A stretch of DNA of 64,000 nt from positions 352,001 to 416,000 of IMG/VR virus record IMGVR_UViG_3300027740_000003. The stretch is one strand, 5' to 3'. The DNA is from a virus (Duplodnaviria > Caudoviricetes). This document shows, one piece after another, positions 48,013 through 55,685 of the stretch (position 1 is the first letter of the stretch; every line of letters begins with the position of its first letter). A model generated the notes under the pieces. That model saw only the letters and a list, made by a program, of their open reading frames with translations. It made no database searches and had not been told where the DNA came from. Both the position numbers and the translations under genes were made by a program.

Positions 48013-48288
48013 TTATTCAATGATATCTTTAATTATCAAATCGTCTTCGGTAAGAATGTTTATTTTATCAAGTCGTTCTAAAGGAACAATTCCGGCACTG
48101 CAAAAACCATCATCATAGAAAATGAAATACAAAACCTCCGAACAATCTATATGGCGCTGTTCTATTATTTTATTTATAAACTGAAAAGTATCCGAAAAAT
48201 CACTCTTCACAATGTCAAGATTTTCATCTGAAAAATAAGCCCGCTTTGCTCCTTTTACATATTCAAATGCTTTAACATTATAATTCAC
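48013..48288 (-). CDS. IKDIIE-tail small protein (class A)
   Basis: GTGA-coupled start; YFIFYDDG...LTEDDLIIKDIIE*. Confidence 0.88.
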   Translation of the reverse strand: MNYNVKAFEYVKGAKRAYFSDENLDIVKSDFSDTFQFINKIIEQRHIDCSEVLYFIFYDDGFCSAGIVPLERLDKINILTEDDLIIKDIIE

Positions 48289-48467
48289 TTGTTTTTGTCC
48301 CACTCTCTCTTAACAATCTCTCTAATAAATTCTTTTGAAATATGAGAGTCCTCAATTGCCAAATTGCCATAAACAAATGATACGGCTTGCTCAAACCTTT
48401 CTTCATCAGTCATTTTATAATCTTTAACTGATTCAAGCAATTCTTTAAGCTCTTTAGACATCGTCAT
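48285..48467 (-). CDS. small protein without tail embedded in the array
   Basis: 60 aa, coupled on both sides. Confidence 0.7.
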   Translation of the reverse strand: MTMSKELKELLESVKDYKMTDEERFEQAVSFVYGNLAIEDSHISKEFIREIVKREWDKNK

Positions 48468-48748
48468 TCTATTATATCCTTAATCATTAAGTCGTCTTCG
48501 GTAAGAATTTGCATCATTTTTATTTGATTTAGTGTTAAAAATCCATTAGTATAATAACCGTCATCATAAAAAATTATATACGACATCATTTCTTCATCTC
48601 CATTTAAAACCACTTCAATCCAATGATTATAGTGCTTAAAAACATCTTCTAAAAATGGGGATTTAATAAACCACCCATCACCAAAATAACCACTACAACG
48701 TGCTAATTTTCCTCCCTTAACATAAAATGTTTTATGACCAACCAACAT
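48464..48748 (-). CDS. IKDIIE-tail small protein (class A)
   Basis: MLVGHKTFYVKGG...YIIFYDDG...LTEDDLMIKDIIE*. Confidence 0.9.
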   Translation of the reverse strand: MLVGHKTFYVKGGKLARCSGYFGDGWFIKSPFLEDVFKHYNHWIEVVLNGDEEMMSYIIFYDDGYYTNGFLTLNQIKMMQILTEDDLMIKDIIE

Positions 48749-49023
48749 TATTCAATAATATCCTTTATCATTATTTCGTCTTCAGTGAGAATTTGTAATG
48801 AATCCAGCATTTCCTCAGAAAGAAAACCAGAACCCACTTTACCATCTTCAAAAAAAATTATATATGATATAAACTCTTCGGTTTGAGACAAAATATGCTT
48901 CATCCTATTTGCATAAAACTTCAATGTTTCTTGAGTATTTTCCTTAATAATTTTAAACTTAGCAGGCCCAACGTAAGCCTCTTTGCCATCTTTAACATAA
49001 AATGTTTTATGACCAACCAACAT
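48748..49023 (-). CDS. IKDIIE-tail small protein (class A)
   Basis: MLVGHKTFYVKDG...YIIFFEDG...LTEDEIMIKDIIE*. Confidence 0.9.
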   Translation of the reverse strand: MLVGHKTFYVKDGKEAYVGPAKFKIIKENTQETLKFYANRMKHILSQTEEFISYIIFFEDGKVGSGFLSEEMLDSLQILTEDEIMIKDIIE

Positions 49024-49301
49024 TATTCAATAATGTCCTTAATCATTAAATCATCATCAGTCAATACATAAATGTTAGTTTCTCTGTTAGAAAAATATCT
49101 ATAATCAACATTACCTTCGGGCCAGAAAATTGTTAAAAATAAAAAACAATAATTATCTTTTTTATTTAATGCTTTAATAGCATTATCACAACACCAATTC
49201 CTTTCCTCACTATTATTACGTAATTCCTTATTAAAATTAAATAGATGATCTCCTTCCTTTAAAACAATTACTTTATAGTTAAATTCATCTGGGGCTTCCA
49301 T
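49023..49301 (-). CDS. IKDIIE-tail small protein (class A)
   Basis: NYKVIVLKEGD...TIFWPEG...LTDDDLMIKDIIE*. Confidence 0.9.
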   Translation of the reverse strand: MEAPDEFNYKVIVLKEGDHLFNFNKELRNNSEERNWCCDNAIKALNKKDNYCFLFLTIFWPEGNVDYRYFSNRETNIYVLTDDDLMIKDIIE

Positions 49302-50074
49302 TTGTCTTCACCCTTCCACCCGCCAAAAACATACCCTCGATCCTTATAACCATTCCCGCTAGCGTTGTCAATAAGCCGAATTGAACAATTCCCCGGCCCT
49401 CTCTCTTCCTCAAACCACTCATATCTATAATGCAACCATGTCATCGTAAATAACCTAGATACAGTTCCGTGGCAAACAATTATATGGTCTTGAATTCCTT
49501 GCTCCTCATCCCGGTTCAATGTTCCATTAAATTGTCTCAACCTACAACATACATCAAATGCACTCTCCCCCATCGGGTATCTGGCCCAAAATTTTCCATT
49601 TGCCTCTTTCTGCCTCATAAAACATTCGTTCTCACCAGGGAATTTACTCTGCTGTTCCTCATCACTTAATCCATCAAATAACCCAAATTGCTGCTCGCAT
49701 AACAACACATCCTCCCTGGTGTCTTTAATATTCTCCCCAATCAATCCTCCAATTATTGAGGCAGTTTCCCTGGCTCTTCGATATGGAGAGTTCCACAATC
49801 TAGACTTATACATCTCGTTCTTTATTTTATTAATATCTTGTCCTTGTTGTCCAGCAAGACTCATTATTGTTCCAAACAAATTCTCAGCCAACGCATTTTG
49901 CATAACTATTGCTGGAGGATGATCTTTCAGGAATTTATTTAAAAATTGTCCAGCTGCTTGTGCTTGTTCCATTCCCCGATTAGAAAGAGGAATATCGTGG
50001 TCTGGAGCGGATTTGTGCAAATTTTGATTTGCGTTCGCTTCTGATTCACCATGTCTAATTAGAAATATTCTCAT
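49268..50074 (-). CDS. histidine phosphatase (phosphoglycerate mutase family)
   Basis: RHGESEAN, SPYRRARET, EQQFG, GES, VCHG. Confidence 0.92.
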   Translation of the reverse strand: MRIFLIRHGESEANANQNLHKSAPDHDIPLSNRGMEQAQAAGQFLNKFLKDHPPAIVMQNALAENLFGTIMSLAGQQGQDINKIKNEMYKSRLWNSPYRRARETASIIGGLIGENIKDTREDVLLCEQQFGLFDGLSDEEQQSKFPGENECFMRQKEANGKFWARYPMGESAFDVCCRLRQFNGTLNRDEEQGIQDHIIVCHGTVSRLFTMTWLHYRYEWFEEERGPGNCSIRLIDNASGNGYKDRGYVFGGWKGEDKWKPQMNLTIK

Positions 50075-50111
50075 TTTCTAAACCTCCAAATTACAATGTT
50101 CTTATAAAAAA

Positions 50112-50339
50112 CTACGGTAGCATTTCATCAAGATCACAAACTTTGCCAGTTGTAATATACACATATAACAAATATATAGGAACCATAATTAAAAGCAGAA
50201 ATAAAAACAGCAAACACAACGCAAATAATAAAACGCCCCATATTGGACATGTTAATACTACTAATGTTCTAAATAATATTCCTGCCCAATCTTTTCTATT
50301 TTCTAAATTTTTCCACAACTTTTGCAATTTCTTCCACAT
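50112..50339 (-). CDS. hypothetical membrane protein
   Basis: Long hydrophobic segment. Confidence 0.6.
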   Translation of the reverse strand: MWKKLQKLWKNLENRKDWAGILFRTLVVLTCPIWGVLLFALCLLFLFLLLIMVPIYLLYVYITTGKVCDLDEMLP

Positions 50340-50871
50340 TTGCCATTGCTCCTATTCCAACTGTTCCACAAGCCAATTGTTTTTCCACCGGACCAACAAA
50401 AACACATTTTGGATCATATATTCTATAATTGTGATTATTTTCCAACAGCTTTATGCACTTATCCGTAGACGGATGTTTCCACATATTCGTATTCATTGCT
50501 GGCGCCAACACAACTGGTTTGTCTATATCATAGCACCTATAGATACATGTAAGTAGATTATCACAAATACCATTAGCTATTTTACCCAATGTATTTGCAG
50601 ACAAAGGCGCAATAACAAGAACATCTGCCCATTCAGCAAGATCTACATGAAAGACAGGGTCTCCTTTTTTATTCCATTGCCATTCTTTATTATCATATAA
50701 TATTTCTTTAAACCAAGACTCTGTGTCAACGGACCAATCTACTGTATCTAAAATTTTTGCGGCAGATTGTGTTGCAACTGTTTTTACATCTCCAATATCT
50801 AAAAGTCTGCGTTCTAACTTCTGTGCTACTATTGTCGCTACTGAACCAGTTAGACCCAAAAGTATATTCAT
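50296..50871 (-). CDS. coaC: phosphopantothenoylcysteine decarboxylase (HFCD flavoprotein)
   Basis: LGLTGSVA, HVDLAEWADVLVIAPLSANTLGKIANGICDNLLT, PAMNTNMW, LACG..G.GAM. Confidence 0.9.
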   Translation of the reverse strand: MNILLGLTGSVATIVAQKLERRLLDIGDVKTVATQSAAKILDTVDWSVDTESWFKEILYDNKEWQWNKKGDPVFHVDLAEWADVLVIAPLSANTLGKIANGICDNLLTCIYRCYDIDKPVVLAPAMNTNMWKHPSTDKCIKLLENNHNYRIYDPKCVFVGPVEKQLACGTVGIGAMANVEEIAKVVEKFRK

Positions 50872-50877
50872 TCAGTT

Positions 50878-51402
50878 TTATAGTTCCTTTCCATCAACAA
50901 ACAACTTGACTTCAACCTTTGCTACAACATATATATCTTCGTCGTTATCAATATCATAAACCTCAATATCAAACCCTTCATCACTATTACTTTCTGCTTC
51001 TTGTGTATATAAATCTACTAAATCATTTCTATCGCAAAAAGATCCGTTTGATCCGCTTCCCCAAGAACATTTGGCATAATATGGTTTTTCCGTATTTTCT
51101 TTTAAAGAAAATCTCTCAATTGTATCTTTTGTAATATTTTTTAATTTTATATTTAGAAAATTTTCAGCAACCCTAATTGCCCTATCATCTAATTGTAGGA
51201 ATTTTGCTTCCTTTTTCTTTTGTTCCGCTAATAAATTATCATGTTCTTCTTTGGAAATTATTTTATAGTTAGAAATTTTCTTTTTTGGGGCACTAACAAT
51301 ACAATAAGCTTTTACATATTCTTCGGCCTCCTCAAATGAATCCTTTCTAATTTCCATCCATTTTCCCAAACCATCCCTCTTTATCAAAGCAAAATAGAAC
51401 AT
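50878..51402 (-). CDS. hypothetical protein
   Basis: 174-aa ORF between coaB and coaC. Confidence 0.7.
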   Translation of the reverse strand: MFYFALIKRDGLGKWMEIRKDSFEEAEEYVKAYCIVSAPKKKISNYKIISKEEHDNLLAEQKKKEAKFLQLDDRAIRVAENFLNIKLKNITKDTIERFSLKENTEKPYYAKCSWGSGSNGSFCDRNDLVDLYTQEAESNSDEGFDIEVYDIDNDEDIYVVAKVEVKLFVDGKEL

Positions 51403-51403
51403 A

Positions 51404-52084
51404 TTATTTTCTCACCTTCTTTATTACTTTTTCCAATTCCCGAGGCAACCAATTTCTGCAAACTGGTTTATTTATTCCATCGGCCAATATTATAGCCCGG
51501 TCTTTTGCCCATTCAAGACAATTTGCTACAATTATGTCGGCACCAGATGCTACCCGACTCTTTTCTGCTATTTCAATCAATTCCTCATCAGATATTCCTA
51601 CCTGCAATTTAAATTTTACCAACGTTCCTTTAAAACCCCATTCTCTAATCTTATCAATAATCTTTTCTGTTTTTACTAACTTTAAATATAATACATCATG
51701 ATCTGAGGATATCTTGGCAGAATTATCTATTTGTACTAAATTTCCCCCAACAACACCATCTACTTTATAATCGCTTACAGCAGCAGAATGTATTATTACA
51801 TCATAGCGTTCGGTTTTAATCGATTGTTCCATAATAGTATAGAGCTCATCATATGTTCTATAAGAAGAACAAACATAATCTAAATGCCAATAAATTTCAT
51901 TGTCCATCAGTTTTTCAGTAATGTTTTTGTTTGAAATTAAATGAATATAATTTTTCTTATCAAGAAAGTGTTGAGCCAAATCATAGCCCGTTTTTCCTTT
52001 AAAAATATTTGTTATACTTCTAACTTTATCTATCGGGACTTCTGTATGCCCACCTGTTATTAATATTCTCATAGTTCGTTCCAT
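51404..52084 (-). CDS. coaB: phosphopantothenate-cysteine ligase
   Basis: ITGGHTEVPIDKVRSITN...G, HSAAVSDY, KTEKII, VKFKL, ADIIVAN. Confidence 0.88.
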   Translation of the reverse strand: MERTMRILITGGHTEVPIDKVRSITNIFKGKTGYDLAQHFLDKKNYIHLISNKNITEKLMDNEIYWHLDYVCSSYRTYDELYTIMEQSIKTERYDVIIHSAAVSDYKVDGVVGGNLVQIDNSAKISSDHDVLYLKLVKTEKIIDKIREWGFKGTLVKFKLQVGISDEELIEIAEKSRVASGADIIVANCLEWAKDRAIILADGINKPVCRNWLPRELEKVIKKVRK

Positions 52085-53571
52085 TTATCTAGAGGTAAAA
52101 CGTCTGGTCTTTGTTGTTTATGCAACCTCTTATAAATACTGGACACTAGCCGTTTACGGCTGCGTTGTAAAAACACTAGACTCTTCATCTCATAATGTGA
52201 TGGAATCCTATAATGCTTCACAGACACTTTGGTTCCAGGTTCTACCCCTTGCATATTTATCTGAACAAAAGAATAATCTTTTATTTTGCTTTTCAAGCTA
52301 TTACCAGATTCATCTTTAATATCAATAACTAATCCAATGAAACATGGACCATAATTTTTGAACTTCCTTCCTCCCATATAACACTCTTTTGTGTTATTAG
52401 GAATTGTTCCATCACATCTGACCACTGCATCGAATTCACTTATTCCATCAAATAAAGATATCTTATCATCTAATAAAGATACAACATCGTATAATTTCCC
52501 ATCTTTCTCTATTTTGCAAGGCAGGGAGTCTTGTATTAAAATTACATATTCCTGGAATATTCTGGCTTGCAACGGAAAATCAGCGCTCTGTTTTAGATGG
52601 GCCAAATAAGATATCATCTCTTCTGGATACTTATCCACCATTTTAGCATATGCCTCATACATAGACACTTTTTGAAGCATTGTTCCTTTAGAATTTGTTC
52701 TTTTCACCTGTTCTAATTGTTGTTCAATTACTTCTTTTATTATAGCTAATTCTGATTCAAAACTTTGATTAACCTGAATTTTTAAATCTGGGTTGGCAAT
52801 CTCTTCTTTTATTAGATCTAATAATTCAACACCATCACTTGATTCATTAATATTATTTCTAGCTGGAGATTGCAAACTTATGTTGTATTGTTTTCCTTGT
52901 CCAACAGGATGATTCATCTTCTCCAAATCAGCTAAGCTTCCAAAAAAGAAACAATCTGGATATGGGCAAACAATACCAGAATCACTATTAGAGGATTCAG
53001 GAATAAACCTAGCACATTCAGGACATTTATATCCTTTCTTTGTATGATATTCAAATGCCCGATGTAGTTTAATTTTTGATTCCAAAGACATTGATATGTC
53101 TTTATTATTTAGAATCATTTTTGATATTGTTTCAATTTTATTGGAACATTCTGGACATTTCCAAAGTGCACCATGAGCTTGAAGATATTCTTTTTGATTA
53201 TCATATTTACATCCCGGACAAACGAGAAAATTGGTCTTTTTTTGACCTTCTACGTTTGATTTTATTGATCCGGTTAAAGTAGATAAACATTTAAGAAGAT
53301 AAGTATTTATATCTCTTCCCTGACGCCAATGTTCATATTTAAACAAATATGTATTTAAAGCAGACCTAAATTCTTCTTTTGCTCTTTCTGTAAATGCTTT
53401 TAATGGCAAAGATGCTCCATCAGCAAAAGCCTCCCGGCCATAAGCAAAATAAGCAAACTGACGTATTTTCGGCTCGTAATATTCTAAAAGCTTAGGAACT
53501 ATCCACTCATCTATATCATTTTCAGAAAGAAATGCTGCAACTTGATTTATTTGTTGTGTTATATCGCCCAT
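52069..53571 (-). CDS. large zinc-ribbon protein, possible divergent sigma70-like factor
   Basis: Four CxxC-type pairs; region-2-like N-terminus and region-3-like ISLQSP...ELLDLI by eye only. Confidence 0.45.
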   Translation of the reverse strand: MGDITQQINQVAAFLSENDIDEWIVPKLLEYYEPKIRQFAYFAYGREAFADGASLPLKAFTERAKEEFRSALNTYLFKYEHWRQGRDINTYLLKCLSTLTGSIKSNVEGQKKTNFLVCPGCKYDNQKEYLQAHGALWKCPECSNKIETISKMILNNKDISMSLESKIKLHRAFEYHTKKGYKCPECARFIPESSNSDSGIVCPYPDCFFFGSLADLEKMNHPVGQGKQYNISLQSPARNNINESSDGVELLDLIKEEIANPDLKIQVNQSFESELAIIKEVIEQQLEQVKRTNSKGTMLQKVSMYEAYAKMVDKYPEEMISYLAHLKQSADFPLQARIFQEYVILIQDSLPCKIEKDGKLYDVVSLLDDKISLFDGISEFDAVVRCDGTIPNNTKECYMGGRKFKNYGPCFIGLVIDIKDESGNSLKSKIKDYSFVQINMQGVEPGTKVSVKHYRIPSHYEMKSLVFLQRSRKRLVSSIYKRLHKQQRPDVLPLDKWNEL

Positions 53572-53594
53572 GTTTTACGTTTCTTATGGAGACT

Positions 53595-54218
53595 TTAGCA
53601 ATCATCTGCAACGCTCCATGGAAGTTCTTTTCTTAGATCATTTATTCTAAAATCTGGGAATAAAGACCCGTTAGTAATCACAAAATCATTTATAGATCTA
53701 ATTACGGGTGCTAAATAAGTTTCTACAATAGACCCATAGAAACCAATTAGCACAGCTTCTTCTTTTGTTATTTTGCGACAATAATGATTCCAGTGAGGAT
53801 TGGTGGTTAGAAATAACGCCAGCACGTCTGCTGAATCGACATCTAAAACAATTGCTTGATGTATTTTCCCACCATCAATATGATCAACAACGGACCCAGA
53901 TTGGATTTTAATACAACCCTCTCCTCCTAACTTAACACTATATTGATCGTAAAGTCTATTAGCTTCACTTTCGGCATCTTTAAATGTTTTAAATGCCCTA
54001 TAATGATATTCTATAATTTCTGACCCCCTTGAGTCATATTTCTTCAATATATTGTTCTTTTTAGATGATTTTGCAAAGAAAGATACAATCTTTCCTCTCT
54101 CATTTCTAGCAACTCCAAAAATCCACTCCTCTAAATTTTCCATATGATTTATCATCCAAACCAAATGTGTTATTTTATTATATCTTTTAGCTTTAGTATT
54201 ATCTTTATTACTACGCAT
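53595..54218 (-). CDS. hypothetical protein
   Basis: TAATG-coupled to FtsK-like gene; start re-set to MRSNKD. Confidence 0.7.
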   Translation of the reverse strand: MRSNKDNTKAKRYNKITHLVWMINHMENLEEWIFGVARNERGKIVSFFAKSSKKNNILKKYDSRGSEIIEYHYRAFKTFKDAESEANRLYDQYSVKLGGEGCIKIQSGSVVDHIDGGKIHQAIVLDVDSADVLALFLTTNPHWNHYCRKITKEEAVLIGFYGSIVETYLAPVIRSINDFVITNGSLFPDFRINDLRKELPWSVADDC

Positions 54219-55219
54219 TATATTTTGCCTACAAAAGCACATTGAAACCTAACAAAGTCATGAACTGGACTTTTAATAATAGCATCTCCTCTTCCAAGAA
54301 GATTCTCTGCCCCGACCTGATCTAAAATAACTTTAGAATCAATTCCAGAACTCACTTTGCAAGCCAACCGTGCGGGGAAGTTGGTTTTAATCAAACCCGT
54401 AAGTACATCAACACTAGGCCTCTGTGTTGCCAGAATAATATAAATTCCCGCAGCCCTTGCTTTCGCAGCTAAAGAACATAAACTCTCCTCAAATCCTCCC
54501 CGCCGCGGATTCTTCTTTCTAGAATCCTGAATCATTAAATCAGCAACCTCATCAATTATTACAATTATTTTATTAAATACATTAGGACAATCAATTACAT
54601 TTCTTATTCCCATAACTTCCATAAGAGAATATCTCTTGTCCATAATAATCCGCAATACATCAAGCATTGCCATCGTTTCATCATAATCTTTAGCAATACA
54701 AGCAGAATCTTTATAAATTCCAAATTCTACACCAAATTTAGGATCAGAAAGATATAAATCAACATCCTTCCTGGCTAAAGCATTCGCAATAATAACATGC
54801 AATAAACAGCTTTTACCACTGCCGCTTGCCCCCGACACCAGCAAATGAGGTAGCGTGGCCATGTCAAGCCATAGGAGCTCCCCAGAATCGCTTTCACCAA
54901 TCAGGAAGGGTAGGATGCCGTGTGGCACCAGCTCCCTTTTAAAAAGCCCGTCAAGAGGCAGAATATCTGCTTCTCGGAAAGCCACCTTAACTCTAACCAC
55001 TCCCTTCTCAGGGTAAGGAACAACAATAGGAGTCGTCTTGCTCTTTAAGAGCAATCCCAACTCCCGCGCCGACATCTCTATTTTTCTTATCCTAGAACCT
55101 TGGTCTAAATAAAGATCGAAAAAAGCCAAATGTCTGTGCTGCTTTGCATTGACACATCTTGCATTGATATCCAAAGATCTCAATGCTTCGTTCATCTGAA
55201 CAACTAGATCCTGTGTCAT
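54218..55219 (-). CDS. FtsK/SpoIIIE-family ATPase motor domain (no TM, no gamma domain)
   Basis: PHLLVSGASGSGKS, DPK, IIDEVADL, ARAAGIYIILATQRPSVDV, GAENLLGRGD. Confidence 0.92.
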   Translation of the reverse strand: MTQDLVVQMNEALRSLDINARCVNAKQHRHLAFFDLYLDQGSRIRKIEMSARELGLLLKSKTTPIVVPYPEKGVVRVKVAFREADILPLDGLFKRELVPHGILPFLIGESDSGELLWLDMATLPHLLVSGASGSGKSCLLHVIIANALARKDVDLYLSDPKFGVEFGIYKDSACIAKDYDETMAMLDVLRIIMDKRYSLMEVMGIRNVIDCPNVFNKIIVIIDEVADLMIQDSRKKNPRRGGFEESLCSLAAKARAAGIYIILATQRPSVDVLTGLIKTNFPARLACKVSSGIDSKVILDQVGAENLLGRGDAIIKSPVHDFVRFQCAFVGKI

Positions 55220-55225
55220 GTGGTC

Positions 55226-55254
55226 AATCTAACCCGTCCCGAGCCGTCTGTCAA
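55226..55254 (-). promoter_or_regulatory. sigma70-type promoter, leaderless
   Basis: TTGACA-17nt-TAGATT-6nt-ATG. Confidence 0.78.
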
Positions 55255-55445
55255 CCCAACCCCACGGAACCATTCCAGATTCCTAAATACATCGCCTGTT
55301 CAACCAGTCGCTTGAAAACATTTATATCTATACTGTCATCCCCGTCTAACACATCCGTCGATGTCTGGAGCAATCGCTCTACCTCAGGGTGGTTCACGTA
55401 TAGTTTAATTAACTGTTGCATTATTCTTTCAAATCCTCTCCCCAA
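55251..55445 (-). CDS. hypothetical small protein
   Basis: 64-aa ORF; its TGA stop lies within TTGACA. Confidence 0.55.
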   Translation of the reverse strand: MGRGFERIMQQLIKLYVNHPEVERLLQTSTDVLDGDDSIDINVFKRLVEQAMYLGIWNGSVGLG

Positions 55446-55642
55446 TATAAAGAATCCACATTGATAACGTATGGATTAATTATATTAGCAACAACTTCCA
55501 TTATCCTTTTGTCGGAATTGTTTTTAAACAATACAACCTCATCTGGCCCCAACTCAGAATGAATTTTATCTAAAATTTTATTACAACTCTGTCCATTTCC
55601 AGAGGCAATTAGTGTTGAAAAACATTGGGCTATGGTTGGCAT
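55421..55642 (-). CDS. hypothetical small protein, leaderless
   Basis: 73-aa ORF 6 nt below -10 box. Confidence 0.6.
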   Translation of the reverse strand: MPTIAQCFSTLIASGNGQSCNKILDKIHSELGPDEVVLFKNNSDKRIMEVVANIINPYVINVDSLYWGEDLKE

Positions 55643-55648
55643 GATGCT

Positions 55649-55677
55649 AACTTAACCACCAACTAGCGATCTGTCAA
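55649..55677 (-). promoter_or_regulatory. sigma70-type promoter, leaderless
   Basis: TTGACA-17nt-TAAGTT-6nt-ATG. Confidence 0.75.
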
Positions 55678-55685
55678 GTGTTTAA

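Larger units (their letters stand above)
47681..49031. repeat. three perfect 40-bp direct repeats spanning tail-stop/next-start junctions
   Basis: ttaacataaaatgttttatgaccaaccaacattattcaat at 47681-47720, 48717-48756, 48992-49031. Confidence 0.92.

Noticed and set aside
46203-49301. Periodic DNA repeats at about 280-300 nt spacing resembling a CRISPR array or integron attC cassettes
   Set aside because: The repeats are coding, vary mainly at synonymous positions and have no palindromic attC structure; the spacers are full ORFs. No cas or integrase gene is in the window, and the PD-(D/E)XK gene sits in a replication context.
46203-49301. Diversity-generating retroelement explanation for the variable paralogs
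   Set aside because: No reverse transcriptase is in the window, and differences between the near-duplicates are not confined to adenines.
1163-49301. TATAAT inside some tails (GATATAATAGAA) as an embedded -10 promoter
   Set aside because: It is lost in many copies through synonymous changes (ATT/ATC, GAC) and no matching -35 was seen.
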